A DNA stretch of 64,000 nt from Porphyridium purpureum (GCA_008690995.1 VRMN01000011.1:496001-560000), one strand, 5' to 3'. Counted from the stretch's first letter, positions 40,701 to 52,424 are shown. The notes: generated by a model not told the origin, from the sequence alone. Numbers and translations: made by a program.

Positions 40701-41738
40701 TCATCCAAGCGCGAGCTTAACATCGTTGATTGCGCTTTGAATGCATTCCACATCGAGCACGAGCGCGACCGTCATTGGCGACATGCTAGCGCCATCTTGA
40801 TCAGCGCCATTCCCACTGCATACTTGTGAACTGATTGCGCGCTCATACAAGGCTTGGTCCTCCTGATGCATGAAGTGCAGTTGCAATCGATCGGTGCCTT
40901 CAGAAGTCGAAGGCTGCGATGTTTTCCGCTTCTTCTTCTGCTTTTTCAGTGAGGGGAGCACAATTGAGTATGCTTCACAGATGTACGCAATGCGCATTGC
41001 TTTGGCTGCACGCTCACCGACAGCGCCTGTGAGCTCGGAAACAAAGCACTCCAGCAGCGGAGGGATCAGCTGAACGGGCAAATTGACCAGTCGCTCAATC
41101 AACAAGACGTTCATGTGCTTGGTCAGTTCCTCCTCCGAACGACCTCCCAGCGCAGACATGAACGACTCGTTTCCCGCTTTACCAATCAGAGATGCAAACG
41201 CCGAAAGCAGCCGCGCATGCTTCTCGCACCCATTTTGCAGGATACCGATCAGACCAATGGCGTCGTCGTTCGCACCATCAGCGTGAGCTTCACTCACAGT
41301 CTTAGTGGCATCCACAACTTCGAGATCAGTGGACTTGATCAGAGAGCACAACGCGTCGCGGTCGTTGCACAACACATCGGCACACGCGTCGGCGAACATC
41401 GAGACTCCGGAAGCCGCGTTACGGCCGCTCCTGTTGCCTTCGGTACTCTCTAGAAGCTTCTGTGCACGCTTCAGCAGGACGCGCACCGACATGACATCGT
41501 GCTCGCGCGCGTCGAAGATTTCAAACTGTGCCTGCACAAAGCCTTCACTCTCATCCGCTTCCCACATTGACTTGCCCCCGCCGTGTCTATCGTCCGACGA
41601 CGACTCGGACGACGACGAGGACGACGACGAGGACGACGCCTCAGAACCGCCTTCTCTACCCTTCCCATGGTCCGGCGCGGCCTCGGGCTGTGCGGTCGCG
41701 TCAACAGGGCGGCGCGGTGCCTGCTTATTCCTTGCCAT
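40701..41738 (-). CDS. BCCIP: BCCIP/Bcp1 family protein
   Basis: Acidic N-terminus, VQAQFEIFD, LLIERLVNLPVQLIPPL, KKQKKKRK, FMHQED. Confidence 0.8.
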   Translation of the reverse strand: MARNKQAPRRPVDATAQPEAAPDHGKGREGGSEASSSSSSSSSSESSSDDRHGGGKSMWEADESEGFVQAQFEIFDAREHDVMSVRVLLKRAQKLLESTEGNRSGRNAASGVSMFADACADVLCNDRDALCSLIKSTDLEVVDATKTVSEAHADGANDDAIGLIGILQNGCEKHARLLSAFASLIGKAGNESFMSALGGRSEEELTKHMNVLLIERLVNLPVQLIPPLLECFVSELTGAVGERAAKAMRIAYICEAYSIVLPSLKKQKKKRKTSQPSTSEGTDRLQLHFMHQEDQALYERAISSQVCSGNGADQDGASMSPMTVALVLDVECIQSAINDVKLALG

Positions 41739-41887
41739 GTTGCTGCTTCCTCCCTTTCCCCCGTGACGCAATGAACGAGTTGGCCCGCGGCGATGAGTGT
41801 TGGCCAAATCGTTACGGCCACGATGCGCGTGTGAGCAGGAGATGTGCACACGTTGTGCGAACGTTCAAACCAGGGAACAGCCAAGCG

Positions 41888-42799
41888 ATGGGTCAAGAAG
41901 GAGTAGCGCTGCGCGTCGGAGGCGTTCCGGAACACTTTAATCTGCCGTGGAAGGATGCCGCGGAGGTCTCGGACAAGTTTGTGTTTGTGGATGTGCCAGA
42001 AGGGTCCGGGCGCATGGTGTCGGGTCTTCTGAGTGGCGAGTTTGATGCCATTGTTGTTCTGACCGAGTGCGTGGTGGCCGAGATTGAAAAGCGTGCGCCA
42101 ATCAAGTTGATCGGCACGTACGTTGCGTCGCCGCTCCTATGGGGTGTGCACGTGAACCCAGCGGCGCACATCAGCGCCACTGACGACCTGCGCGGCAAGG
42201 TGTTCGGCGTTTCGCGTTACGGATCTGGTTCGCATGTGATGGCGAGCGTCATGGCCGAGATGCGTGGCTGGAACAAGGACCGAGCTGTGGGATCCCAATC
42301 GACAGAAAGCATGCATTTCAAAGTGTGCCATAACTTCGCCGGCTTACGAGATGCCTTGGCGAAGAACGACATTGATGTATTTTTGTGGGAAAAGTTCATG
42401 ACCAAACCCTTCCATGACGCCAAAGACTGTGCCTTGATCACAATTGATACTGTGCCAACGCCATGGCCGTGTTTTGTCGTCGCTATGCGTGCAGACGCGA
42501 GTCCTGAAAGCGTTCGCACAGCAGAGGAATCGCTGAGTTTGGCGTTGCTCCACGCCAAGGAATTTTGCGACGACCAGACGCGCAGCGCAAGCGCAGAGCG
42601 CATTGCTCAGACCTTCAAACTTTCCCCCGAAGACGCAGCCGCGTGGTTGCAGCAGGTCGCGTACGCAGAGGCAGAGAATCCGTCCGTTTCGCATGACGTA
42701 CTTGAGCAGAGCCGAAAGGCGCTTCTCAGTGCCGGCGTCCTAGAACATGAGACCGCAGCGAACAGCCTCTCTCTTGCAAACTACTTTTTTGAATCCTGA
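41888..42799 (+). CDS. Type-2 periplasmic-binding-fold protein (SsuA/NMT1-THI5-like, Ca3427-like)
   Basis: RVGGVPEHFNLPW, GSGRM, GTYVASPLLWGVH, GVSRYGSGS, FLWEKFMTKPF, TPWPCF. An upstream ATG at 41771 is also possible. Confidence 0.75.
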   Translation: MGQEGVALRVGGVPEHFNLPWKDAAEVSDKFVFVDVPEGSGRMVSGLLSGEFDAIVVLTECVVAEIEKRAPIKLIGTYVASPLLWGVHVNPAAHISATDDLRGKVFGVSRYGSGSHVMASVMAEMRGWNKDRAVGSQSTESMHFKVCHNFAGLRDALAKNDIDVFLWEKFMTKPFHDAKDCALITIDTVPTPWPCFVVAMRADASPESVRTAEESLSLALLHAKEFCDDQTRSASAERIAQTFKLSPEDAAAWLQQVAYAEAENPSVSHDVLEQSRKALLSAGVLEHETAANSLSLANYFFES

Positions 42800-42966
42800 A
42801 ACATCCTCATTCTTTGAGCGCGGCCTTCATGCGTCTGGTCTCAACCTGCTGACATTTGAACCATTCCCTTCCGCACGGAACACAAAGAGCTGTACGAGCC
42901 AGTGTATGCTTGCTTCCAAGCCTCGGCTTTGACAATAAAACCAGGGCAGGAACACAGCAGCTTCCA

Positions 42967-44169
42967 TCAGAAGCATCCAGTGGCCCAGCGCGGGATGGCA
43001 GGAGCTGCAGCACCGGATGCTGTTGGAGGGAAAGGCGGTGCGCCCTCCGCGTGCAAGGCAAAGCGTTCCATGAACACGTGGTGATAAAAGGCGGCCATTC
43101 CGTTGCAGCAGTGCTTATCAATCTCTCCATTTGCACAGACCAAATGAACCAAAAGATTGCATCGGCCTGCTTTACCGTCCGGGCCACCGGCTGCAGTATC
43201 GCAAGCTGGTGTGTCATCCCATAATGCGCGCCCCTTACTCAGCTCAAGACTTGCGCTGCTTCGTGGCTCATACTTGAGAAGCCTTTTGCTGTCTGGATAC
43301 GGATCAAGAATCTGCTGCTCCACCAGCAAGACGTGCGGGTTGACTTTGAGAAGGGCCACGACGGCAGGGTCAAACGAATCACGCGCCGCGTCTATCTTGT
43401 ATGTACGCAATGTATCTTCCAAGAAGTCGCGGGCCTGCGGGGAGGTACGCACAAGCATGACAGCAGGGCTTATCCCTTCATCTTCGGCTTTTCGCCTGCG
43501 CAACGCATTCATTGCCAAGATCACACACGGAGGCTCTGTTGCGGCATCCGGCGCTCCACCAGCCATGTCAAGAAGAAATTGCAAATCCTGATCTGGGTTG
43601 GTGAATAGCACATCACTGTCTGCCCAAAGAAGCCACTCAGCCTCGTCCCATCGTGCCAACAACGCGTTTGCGATGCGGTCCGTCGACGAATGAAATTCCC
43701 CATCTGATGGCGTCCCCTGGAAGAAGTAAGCGTATCCGTGCATGGCGGCGTACTTGGCTTTCGTGTCAGAGGCCAGTTCCTGAATCACGTCATGCGCTGA
43801 GGACATGTAGGCGGATACAAGCGCGACTTGCGGGCGCTCGCGCTCATTTCGTTCGTTTGGAGCGTCAATCACATCCTGCTCGTGCATCTGATTCTGCGAG
43901 CCGTGTCCTTCGGAACCCTCGGGCTGAAAGTCAACCCACCGTGCGTACTGGCGCGCGCGATCCTCTACACGCCGCACTTGTTCGCTGCTACGTACGATGA
44001 GACCCAGGTTCTTCGCATGGTCGTGGCGATGTCGGCTACGTCGCACTCCTGACGCACGCCCGTGCAAAAATCCAACGACAAACGATACGAAAAGAATCAG
44101 GCATGAACCGAACACAATGCGCCACCACGCGCGCCGTAAGCTTGTCTTCATATCTGTATCTGACGCCAT
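42967..44169 (-). CDS. Type II Golgi glycosyltransferase, GT34 (GMA12/MNN10)-like
   Basis: N-terminal TM, KAKYAAMHGY, EWLLWADSDVLFTNP (DxD). Confidence 0.75.
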   Translation of the reverse strand: MASDTDMKTSLRRAWWRIVFGSCLILFVSFVVGFLHGRASGVRRSRHRHDHAKNLGLIVRSSEQVRRVEDRARQYARWVDFQPEGSEGHGSQNQMHEQDVIDAPNERNERERPQVALVSAYMSSAHDVIQELASDTKAKYAAMHGYAYFFQGTPSDGEFHSSTDRIANALLARWDEAEWLLWADSDVLFTNPDQDLQFLLDMAGGAPDAATEPPCVILAMNALRRRKAEDEGISPAVMLVRTSPQARDFLEDTLRTYKIDAARDSFDPAVVALLKVNPHVLLVEQQILDPYPDSKRLLKYEPRSSASLELSKGRALWDDTPACDTAAGGPDGKAGRCNLLVHLVCANGEIDKHCCNGMAAFYHHVFMERFALHAEGAPPFPPTASGAAAPAIPRWATGCF

Positions 44170-44207
44170 CTTGCTGCCCTCCCTTCGTCCGTCAAACGCT
44201 TTCACAC

Positions 44208-45251
44208 ATGTCCGACTGCGGTGTCGAGCCCGTTGCGTACAAACATCTAGCGCACGACCTCGGCTGTCATGCCAGAATGGCGTGGGTAAGCCAAACTGTG
44301 GTCAATGTAGGGAGTCGCCTGAAGCGAGTCATTCACAGAGGCCGCGTCTGTCGTCAAAGGAGCCACACAACATGTGCTCACGGCGCGCTGGAGCGGCGCA
44401 CGGTGCGCGCGATTTCGTTTCCGGGCGGCGGGATTTTGTTCTGGTGGCAGCTGGGCGTGGTGCAGTCGCTGCGCAGCGAATATGAGAGAAGCGGTGCACA
44501 GATTCCGCTGGTGGGAGCGTCATGCGGCGCCTTCAGCGCCCTCATGCTTGCTTGCGGTGTGGATGCGTTCGATGCGTACGACAGTGTCTGCGATCTGGTC
44601 AAACGCCACAATGTGCTTGAGCGCGGACCGCTTGGTCTGTATGGCATTTGGTCGCGCTTGATTGAAGAGTGGCTAGACGAGCTTTTAGCTTCGCGGAACG
44701 ATGTGGAGGCGAGGCTCGCAAGCGCCAATATGGAGATTCGCGTGCTGCACCTGCTCGATTTGTCACGCGCGCGGGGATCCTCAGCACAGTATCATGTCTT
44801 GAGGCGTGTTGCAGGCGGAATGTTCACAGAGCGCGCCGTGTCTCATTTTGTCGACCGCCACGACGCGATCCAGGCGTGTCTGGCTAGCGCGCATATCCCC
44901 TTCTTTATCGACGGACAGCCGCTGAAACGCTTTCGATCTGATCTGTGGACAATAGATGCGTACGCATTCCAGCATCCATTTGCTGTAACATGGAGCGGGA
45001 CTACTCATTCGCATGTCGGGGAAACAGCGCAGGTGCTTGCAATTCCACGCAGAGACACCTTGTTCATTCACCATGAGCTTGACGGCGCACTCGCGCACGA
45101 AATCAAGAAGCAGAATCGATATGGAGCCAGCGTGCTGATGTCCGACGACCAATTGCAATTTGTGCACTTGCTTATCGCGTCTGGCATGGAGTACGGCACG
45201 CGCTTGAAGCAAACCATCTCTTTTGAAATAGATGAAGCGTATTGTTCGTGA
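44208..45251 (+). CDS. Patatin-like phospholipase
   Basis: SFPGGG..W.LGV, GASCG nucleophile elbow, ASAHIPF. The start codon is uncertain. Confidence 0.8.
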   Translation: MSDCGVEPVAYKHLAHDLGCHARMAWVSQTVVNVGSRLKRVIHRGRVCRQRSHTTCAHGALERRTVRAISFPGGGILFWWQLGVVQSLRSEYERSGAQIPLVGASCGAFSALMLACGVDAFDAYDSVCDLVKRHNVLERGPLGLYGIWSRLIEEWLDELLASRNDVEARLASANMEIRVLHLLDLSRARGSSAQYHVLRRVAGGMFTERAVSHFVDRHDAIQACLASAHIPFFIDGQPLKRFRSDLWTIDAYAFQHPFAVTWSGTTHSHVGETAQVLAIPRRDTLFIHHELDGALAHEIKKQNRYGASVLMSDDQLQFVHLLIASGMEYGTRLKQTISFEIDEAYCS

Positions 45252-45574
45252 CAAATCACCGAACGACGGACTCTCAGTATCTGAAGGTCCACCGGCTAGT
45301 TCCCTTGATAGATTTTTTGCCCGCTTGCTTGCAGCTGGATCGCATGGTTGACTAATTTACCTTCTGACTTGCGCATTGTGATACGCAATACATCTCCAGG
45401 TGAGAGAATAGCGCTGAGTTTTGCGCACACGGAAGAGCTACTTGGCGCGATGCCTAAATTTATGAGATTACATTCGGAACACGATACAGCCTATACAACA
45501 ATTCTTCATTGTGTCGCTCAACGATACTCGGTGATGGTGATGTATCGCTTCAGTTGCTCTTTTTTTTTTTTTGT

Positions 45575-47314
45575 TTACACTAGCTCATCGCCCACGGCCA
45601 CGCCAAGCACCTTTTCTCGCGACTCAAACATGCGTGATGAGTCGTATACTGCTGGTGAACTGAACATCTTGATGATTGGAATACTGGCATGCTTTTGCTG
45701 GATCTTGACGTGAGTTCGGCCGTACCGCTCCGCGATGTCGCCGACGCCCACATGACCACCAGCTTCCACGTCAACGACAGGCGCGCTGGTCTTGGATCGT
45801 GTCACATGGCTCATGGCAACAAGTTTCTCGAAGAAGCGGTCGGCCAACTTTGTGCCTGGCGACGCAGCAGCGCGCGACGATGAGGTACTGCGTGTTATGA
45901 AAGACATTACATCAAAGCTCGGCCATGGCTTTTCGGCGCCATGGCTGCTGCGCTCCTCCATCAGGACACTGCCACTCGGCTCGCTCCTTAAGTGCTCCGA
46001 CAGAAGCTGCACGTATTCATGCTCTTCCATGCCCATCTCCATGCAATTCTCCCTCAACGCTTCGGCATCCATCTGCGCTCGTGCCTTGGTCACTGCAGCC
46101 ATGTATCGCTGCTTGAATGGAAGCACCATAAGCGCCGGGACAAGTAAGCCTACAATAAACACCATAAGACCGGCCAACGCCATCAGCCACCTATTGTGCC
46201 TTAACGCGGCCTCCACTGACGAGTGCCACGACATCGAGCCCACCAATATGACGGCGTCCTTGCGCGGAAATCCGACCGCGCGCGAATTCACCATCTTGCG
46301 TCCGTTGCTGAATGTGTCTGCTGTCAGCAGCACCGGCTTCTTATCACCGTTCACGCTCTTCATCGCGTGGACCACATGGCTGTCCTTGGCTGACGCCAGC
46401 GTCTGCCTGAATGTCTGTGGCGACTTCTTGGAAGATGCAAGTGTCTCCTTGAACGTCTTGTGAGACGCAGTTCGAACCGGGTCTGGGTTGACTGACCTGG
46501 CGTATGTGATTGCCTTCTCATTCGGATCCAAGTTGGTCATAATTAGTCTGCGCTTGAGGTGCGTGCCGGTGGTACCATGCATCGCTGCAGAAATGGCCGC
46601 GGCTTCCTGCGCGTTTGAACGGGTCACCTGCTGGGTGCTTTCATCGGCCAAACTCTCAATTTTGGTGTCCATGGCATCGTCCGTGATGGACGAATGTGAC
46701 TGTGCAATGGATTCCAATTTAGATGCATAGTCATCGGCAAGCACTTGCCGATTCCGCGCGTACGTCTCGCGAGCTTCTTGTGAATGCGCCGCCCCTCTGG
46801 AAAGATCCACAGAAGGGGTCGCCGGTCTCACGAGACGGACCATGTAATCTGTAATGATGTGCTGTGTTGCGGCGAGGTGCTCGGCCACTGATGTTGCGGG
46901 ACTTTGTTCATTCACGAGGCGCGCTTCATAGTCGAGCTGCAGTTCCGACTTGACTCGCTCCGGCTTAGTCGGCATACGTGTGTTTCCGCTGAGATGCAGT
47001 CGTGACTTGACGTTCTGGAAGTTTTCCGAAACAATTTCAGTCTCCTTGCTCATACTATCTGTCAAACTGCGACTGAGCAACTCGCCATCATACGGGACCA
47101 CACCAACGAGTCTGCGGCCATGGAACTTGCGCGGCTTATAAGCGTTTTTCAGATCCTCCACCGACACATCAAGTATACTCGCCACGTGTATACCAGACGC
47201 TTGTACTTGCTTTGGATGCGCCGCAGCCACCAAGACCAACACAACGCCCAAGACCCGCACCACGAGCGCTAAAGAGAAGCGCCTGCTCGATTGACGAGAG
47301 CTGCAAGAAGTCAT
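45575..47314 (-). CDS. Hypothetical single-pass membrane protein (signal peptide plus one TM)
   Basis: ORF of about 580 aa with hydrophobic N-terminal and internal segments; no family recognised. Confidence 0.65.
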   Translation of the reverse strand: MTSCSSRQSSRRFSLALVVRVLGVVLVLVAAAHPKQVQASGIHVASILDVSVEDLKNAYKPRKFHGRRLVGVVPYDGELLSRSLTDSMSKETEIVSENFQNVKSRLHLSGNTRMPTKPERVKSELQLDYEARLVNEQSPATSVAEHLAATQHIITDYMVRLVRPATPSVDLSRGAAHSQEARETYARNRQVLADDYASKLESIAQSHSSITDDAMDTKIESLADESTQQVTRSNAQEAAAISAAMHGTTGTHLKRRLIMTNLDPNEKAITYARSVNPDPVRTASHKTFKETLASSKKSPQTFRQTLASAKDSHVVHAMKSVNGDKKPVLLTADTFSNGRKMVNSRAVGFPRKDAVILVGSMSWHSSVEAALRHNRWLMALAGLMVFIVGLLVPALMVLPFKQRYMAAVTKARAQMDAEALRENCMEMGMEEHEYVQLLSEHLRSEPSGSVLMEERSSHGAEKPWPSFDVMSFITRSTSSSRAAASPGTKLADRFFEKLVAMSHVTRSKTSAPVVDVEAGGHVGVGDIAERYGRTHVKIQQKHASIPIIKMFSSPAVYDSSRMFESREKVLGVAVGDELV

Positions 47315-48646
47315 ATTTGCATCCAACTATTTCAAACAAACGCGCCAGCCCGTACAAAACAGACACTCGCTGATGAATCGATGCCTCTTCCCCTCCTCCT
47401 TCGACGAACAACCATACACCACCAATCTGAACTCTTTCACGTTGTCTCGCTGGCACCGCAGTCCTTACTTGAAGAGCTCCGCCTGCAAGTCCTTACTCTG
47501 CTCCTCTCCTCAATCTCCCGCTCTGCTCCATGCCCTGCGATGTGGCCGGAGCGACGCCTATTATATATCACATGCTGCGTCACCCGGGCGAAGGACCGTA
47601 CGCACATCCGGTTGGCGTTACTGCGCGCACATCCTTTCCTGCCAGAGATCAATTGCGCTTCCGAAGCATATCCATCTACCGCCGTGAGGCGCAATGCTGC
47701 TGCTCAATGTCTTGCATGTCTCACTTGTCATCTGCAGCTGTCAGGACCCTCCTCATCAAGGCTGCCACACACGCACACTCTCACACCTGCGTCCGCCAGT
47801 CGGAACCCACTCAACTGCCACAAACCCGCAGCTCGCGCAAAATTGTCGCGCAAACCGAGTCTTAAACCACCGCAGTACCTACACACTGTACACTATAAAA
47901 ACAGCCCAGTTTTACCAGGACCCACTTCCCCCCTTCTTCTTACACATTTCTTTGCAAACCGGGTCGAGCTGGCGTGTACCTAAAAAGGCGGCGTTTTGGG
48001 GAAGGGTGTACAGTGGTTGTGACGGCGGCGAGACGGACGGATGGACATTGCGAAGGGCACGCAGGTTTGGCGGCGGGTGTGTGTGTGTGCCTGCCGGCCG
48101 CGCTTGGTCGTGGGATCGGGATGGGAATTCACCTGCCCATGTTCCTTGTCGCCGCAAGGCACGCAGCTCCAGAAGGCTTGTGAATTCGCGCTTCAGCAGT
48201 TAAAATCGCTTCTCCTTACAAAACCGCACAGCCAGAGAAATGGACGCAAATGCGAAGAAAGTCCGCCACTCCACAAGCGCAGCGCTGTGCTTGGGGAAAG
48301 GGAGCGTCCCGAACAAAACATGAGGGCACTGCCACTTGCTTGGGAACCGCATACAGTATCATGACACGGAACTGCACGGCGCAAAACACGTACTTTACGT
48401 TTCTACTTGACCACTCTCTTGCGCACTCAAACATACTTCCATTCGGGCGTCAAACCCCTTGCGCAAAGGTCACACCCAAGCGCCGTTCGCCATTGCATAC
48501 CGGCATGCAGCGCTCGCAATAACGCACAGACTGGTCAAGGCATGCTTAATGCGTGGCAACATGCCTCTTCCAGTGCGGTCCCGCGGGAGCGACCCTCTGA
48601 TTCCATCTCGCCTAGCTCCACCATGAATCGCACGACGTGCACCTGA

Positions 48647-49453
48647 CTAGACAAGCTCCTTTCGAGGCGGCATCAAGAATTTGCCAGATACCTTGGTCTC
48701 GATGACCTCATCGATGATCCCATATTCCTTCGCCTCCGCCGGCGTCATGAAAAAGTCGCGGTCGGTGTCCTTCTCGATTTGCTGCAGTTCCTTGCCGGTG
48801 TACTCGGACATGTACATGTTGAGCACTTCCTTGATCCACAGGATTTCCTTGGCCTGAATTTCAATATCGGCGGCCTGACCCTGCGCGCCACCAAGCGGCT
48901 GGTGGATCATGATGCGCGCGTTTGGCAGGCTCTTTCGCTTACCCTTTGCGCCTGCACCCAACAGGAACGCACCCATGGACGCAGCAGTTCCGAAGCAGAT
49001 CGTCTGCACGTCGCACGGAATGTACTGCATAGTATCGTAGATGGCAAGACCCGCCGACACGCTCCCTCCGGGTGAGTTGATGTACAGCGTGATATCCTTG
49101 CTCGGGTCATCCGCAGCCAAGTATAGCATCTGAGCGACAAGGGCGTTGGCGACCTCGTCGTCCACCTGCCTGCCCAGCAGAAGGATTCTGTCCTTGGCGA
49201 GGCGCGAGAAGACGTCCATCTGCCCCTCGCCCATCGCGACCATGGGCATAGGGAACGGAGCCTTGCTCGGCTCCTCACGTCCTGGCGGCGCGACGGGCGT
49301 GTCCGGCGGCATCATGAACGGGTTTTCGCGGTGATTGCTGCTTCCGCCGGCGCCGGCGGCCATCACCACACCTGCCGCGCGGCGCGTGCACATCGCCGGG
49401 CGCGACCCCGCGCGCACCTGTGCGCCCATCCCGGAAGATCCAATGAACGCCAT
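48647..49453 (-). CDS. clpP: Plastid-targeted ATP-dependent Clp protease proteolytic subunit
   Basis: [19 protein letters not shown] (Ser), RIMIHQP (His), DTDRD (Asp); MAF transit peptide. Confidence 0.95.
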   Translation of the reverse strand: MAFIGSSGMGAQVRAGSRPAMCTRRAAGVVMAAGAGGSSNHRENPFMMPPDTPVAPPGREEPSKAPFPMPMVAMGEGQMDVFSRLAKDRILLLGRQVDDEVANALVAQMLYLAADDPSKDITLYINSPGGSVSAGLAIYDTMQYIPCDVQTICFGTAASMGAFLLGAGAKGKRKSLPNARIMIHQPLGGAQGQAADIEIQAKEILWIKEVLNMYMSEYTGKELQQIEKDTDRDFFMTPAEAKEYGIIDEVIETKVSGKFLMPPRKELV

Positions 49454-49579
49454 TCTTCCTGCGTCCCTAACCTCAGCACCCGTTTCTGTCCCCTTCCCTC
49501 TCCACGCCAATACAATCCGTCACCTTCCTTGCGTCGCCCGTCCACTAGACTGAGCAATCACCCTCCACTTTTCCTTCCG

Positions 49580-50230
49580 TCACAGCCAGGCAGGATCTGC
49601 CCAGGTCAGAAATTAGAGCCTTGTGAAAGGGAAGAGTCGGAGCAAGGTCGCATGGCACAACCAGCGTGACGGGCACGCCAGTGGCGTCCGTTTGCCGTCT
49701 ATCGGCCGACCTGTCGATGCTTCTAGATCTCGATCGCATCCGTGCGGACTGTAGGTACGTGAAGCTTTGAACTCCAGCACAGCTCAGAGTTCGTTCGATG
49801 TTCCAAGGAAGAGAGTCTTTATTTGCACGTCAGTCCGACGTGCTTCTTGCAGTGGATCATGCGTCCGGTTCGCCGTGGCGATCGTGATTCGCGCGGGAAG
49901 CCATGAGGATAAGCACCGCAAGTACTGAGGAACGAGGTCAGATGACTATGCACATGGACCTCGTCATGCCAAATGCACGGGGTTGGACGCGAGGGAATGT
50001 GTAGTTAGATCGAAGGCGACCAGAAGGAAAAGAAGAAAGAGCGAAGAGAACTCCCAGTCGCTCAGTTTGCTAACACGAAGATTCACTCTGTGCTCTCGTC
50101 CCGCAGCCACACCGCGCCACACACCGCGCAACCGAGAGAAGCAAGGCTCAGATTCGTTCCCCAAGGAGTGAGGCGACGCAATGAAAAGCGCGGCCTTGCT
50201 CCTCAGTACTTGGTTTATTCTTCAATAATA
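49580..50230 (+). ncRNA. Candidate structured and/or spliced non-coding transcript (class unknown)
   Basis: Long G-U-rich stem 49905-49939 / 50192-50222, several local hairpins, and intron-like signals GTACGT (49755), GCTAAC (50069), CAG (50106); no convincing ORF. Confidence 0.3.
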
Positions 50231-50370
50231 ATCGGCCGACAATGAGCATCAATGCATCATAAATATAAAGCCTCGATCTTCCGAGGACGCAGTCAAGTTT
50301 GGTCCAATGGTTGGCTCTCTATACAGTTCAAAGGTCAATTGTGTCGGTCTCTTCTTGCCGGGTAGAAGCT

Positions 50371-50613
50371 TCACGAACAGCCGAGGCTAAGGCTTGCTTC
50401 ACTGATACATCGCCGCGGCTCACCTTCGAGCTGCGGCACGTCCTTATCTTTCATCACATCCTCCCGCTCGCCCACTCCATGAACCGGCACGGGTTCACAC
50501 GAGCCCGCCTCGTCGATACTCTGCTGGATCTTCCTCGAGCGGTGCTCGCGTACCTTGAGTGCGAGGTCGCCCAGCTCAGCCACCGACTTGGAGCCACACT
50601 TCAGAATAATCAT
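50371..50613 (-). CDS. Small hypothetical protein (80 aa)
   Basis: ATG-initiated ORF with TATATAAA about 155 bp upstream (50766-50773, minus strand); no family recognised. Confidence 0.35.
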   Translation of the reverse strand: MIILKCGSKSVAELGDLALKVREHRSRKIQQSIDEAGSCEPVPVHGVGEREDVMKDKDVPQLEGEPRRCISEASLSLGCS

Positions 50614-52424
50614 GCTTCAGTCCTCCGCCGCTTCGCGTCCGCACCGTCAGACAATCAGCGTGCCTATCTCCCTCTGCGTTTGCTTTCCCTCAAACGAGTC
50701 GCTTCACTTTGTGACACGCCGCCAATCATCGCCGGAGAATCTGGTGGCTTCCGCAGCGCACGTCCTTTATATACAGCGGCCCATCCTTCCATCCATCCAC
50801 ATTCTTTTCTCCTTCTTGACCTGATGCTGTAACCCACTCTCTCTCTCTCTCACACACACACACCGCGACTGATTCACGCAGCCGGATGGTTGAAAATGAC
50901 GCGCCGTAATTTCCCGGTTGCACGTTGCCGCCGCTCTCATGGCTCTCATCGCCAGCGTCGCTGGCGTTGGTAGTGTCGCTCCCCTCTCTAACCTTGCAAG
51001 CCCTGTCACACAACCAACACCCACCACCCGCCGCAGTTGCCTACCACACCCGCAAAACACATACACACACACACACACGCAGATCGATGACACGAAAACA
51101 TAGAAGCATCGGACGACGATATGTAAGTGCGTGCGTGGCGTGGTGTGGCCCGAACGCTCGTTCCGGCACTTGTTACATGCCACTTACGCCACTTACGCAC
51201 CGTGAGCCACTTGCGCGACTCCTCCTGCTGTTACTGCTGCTGCTCCTTCTACTCCTTCTACCCCTTCTCGTCTCTTTGGTGTCTGTGCAAGAGCCGATGT
51301 ACAGACATGCACCGTGCCCACGTCGCATGTCCAGCCTCCCAACGCCCGCCACACAATCGATCCGGACATGCAAGCGGCATGTAAGCATCGCCCTCTTTCT
51401 ATCACAAACGCGCCGCCTTCTGTCAGACACGTAAAATGCAATCAGCACGGCGAGTGTACACACACTGTACGTCCAAGTCGCTCGGTCATTGCCGCTTACA
51501 CAGCTTATCGGTAAGTGGAAGTCGTGCTCATGTGGAAAAGTAATACGAAAAATTGGAAGCCACCACGCCGGTGTACACTGGATGTACAGCGCTCGTGTTG
51601 CGCGTGTCCCGCTCGGGACTCGGGACGCGCTGGCGTCTTGTTCTGGTCACCCGGCGCGAGCAGCACGAACGCATGATGCCGATATAAGAGGATGTGAGTC
51701 CTGAGGAGTCGCCAGGGCTGGCGCTTGCCTGTCCGGTAATCCATGTGTCTGTCTGACGTGGAAGGGCACGATGTCCGCCTTGCACAGGCCCGCGGGTTCA
51801 GACGCTGCGTGACGTCGTCGCCGAATGGCACGTCGCACCCGCGCAAGATTGGGCCATGCCTTTCGCTTGAGAAGCTTACGCGTCGTCTGACTCTTGCTTC
51901 TTCGTGAGCAGGTTTCGCGCCAGTGCTGGGCGACAACCGTCGAGCAGGTTACTTCGCGATGCATTTTGCGACTTTCATCTCACACGCAGATGCAGCACCG
52001 TTTCTTTTTGTCTTCCCACCCGCACATTCATCTGCGAGCCCTTGCAGCATCCATGCCATCTCACGTGGCCCGCCAGCTTCCTTGTGGCTTAACATCAAGG
52101 AATGCTCCAATCGCGCGCAAGAACTAAGCTTACGCCACGGCGTCCACTCTGCGCAATTGCACACGTGCACATTCGCGACCCGAGTTCACACACACACACG
52201 CACTCTCTCTCAGTCTGTCTCACCCTCTCTCTAACCCTTTCTGTAACCTTTCTCGAACCTCGGGACAAGCCTGACATGCACTCGCGTGCAGAGCAAGAAC
52301 GCCGCACATCGAGGTGAGTCCTCAGACTTTCGAGCTCGTGCGCCGGCGAGAGATTAATCGCGGTGTAGCAGACGAGTGGCTCAGCTTCGGGTGCGGGGTT
52401 TGATCGCGACGGGGGAAGAACACC

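Noticed and set aside
49903..49930. C/D-box snoRNA reading (ATGAGGA ... CTGA)
   Set aside because: The boxes are too close together, and I could not identify a terminal D box with a stem or an rRNA-complementary guide.
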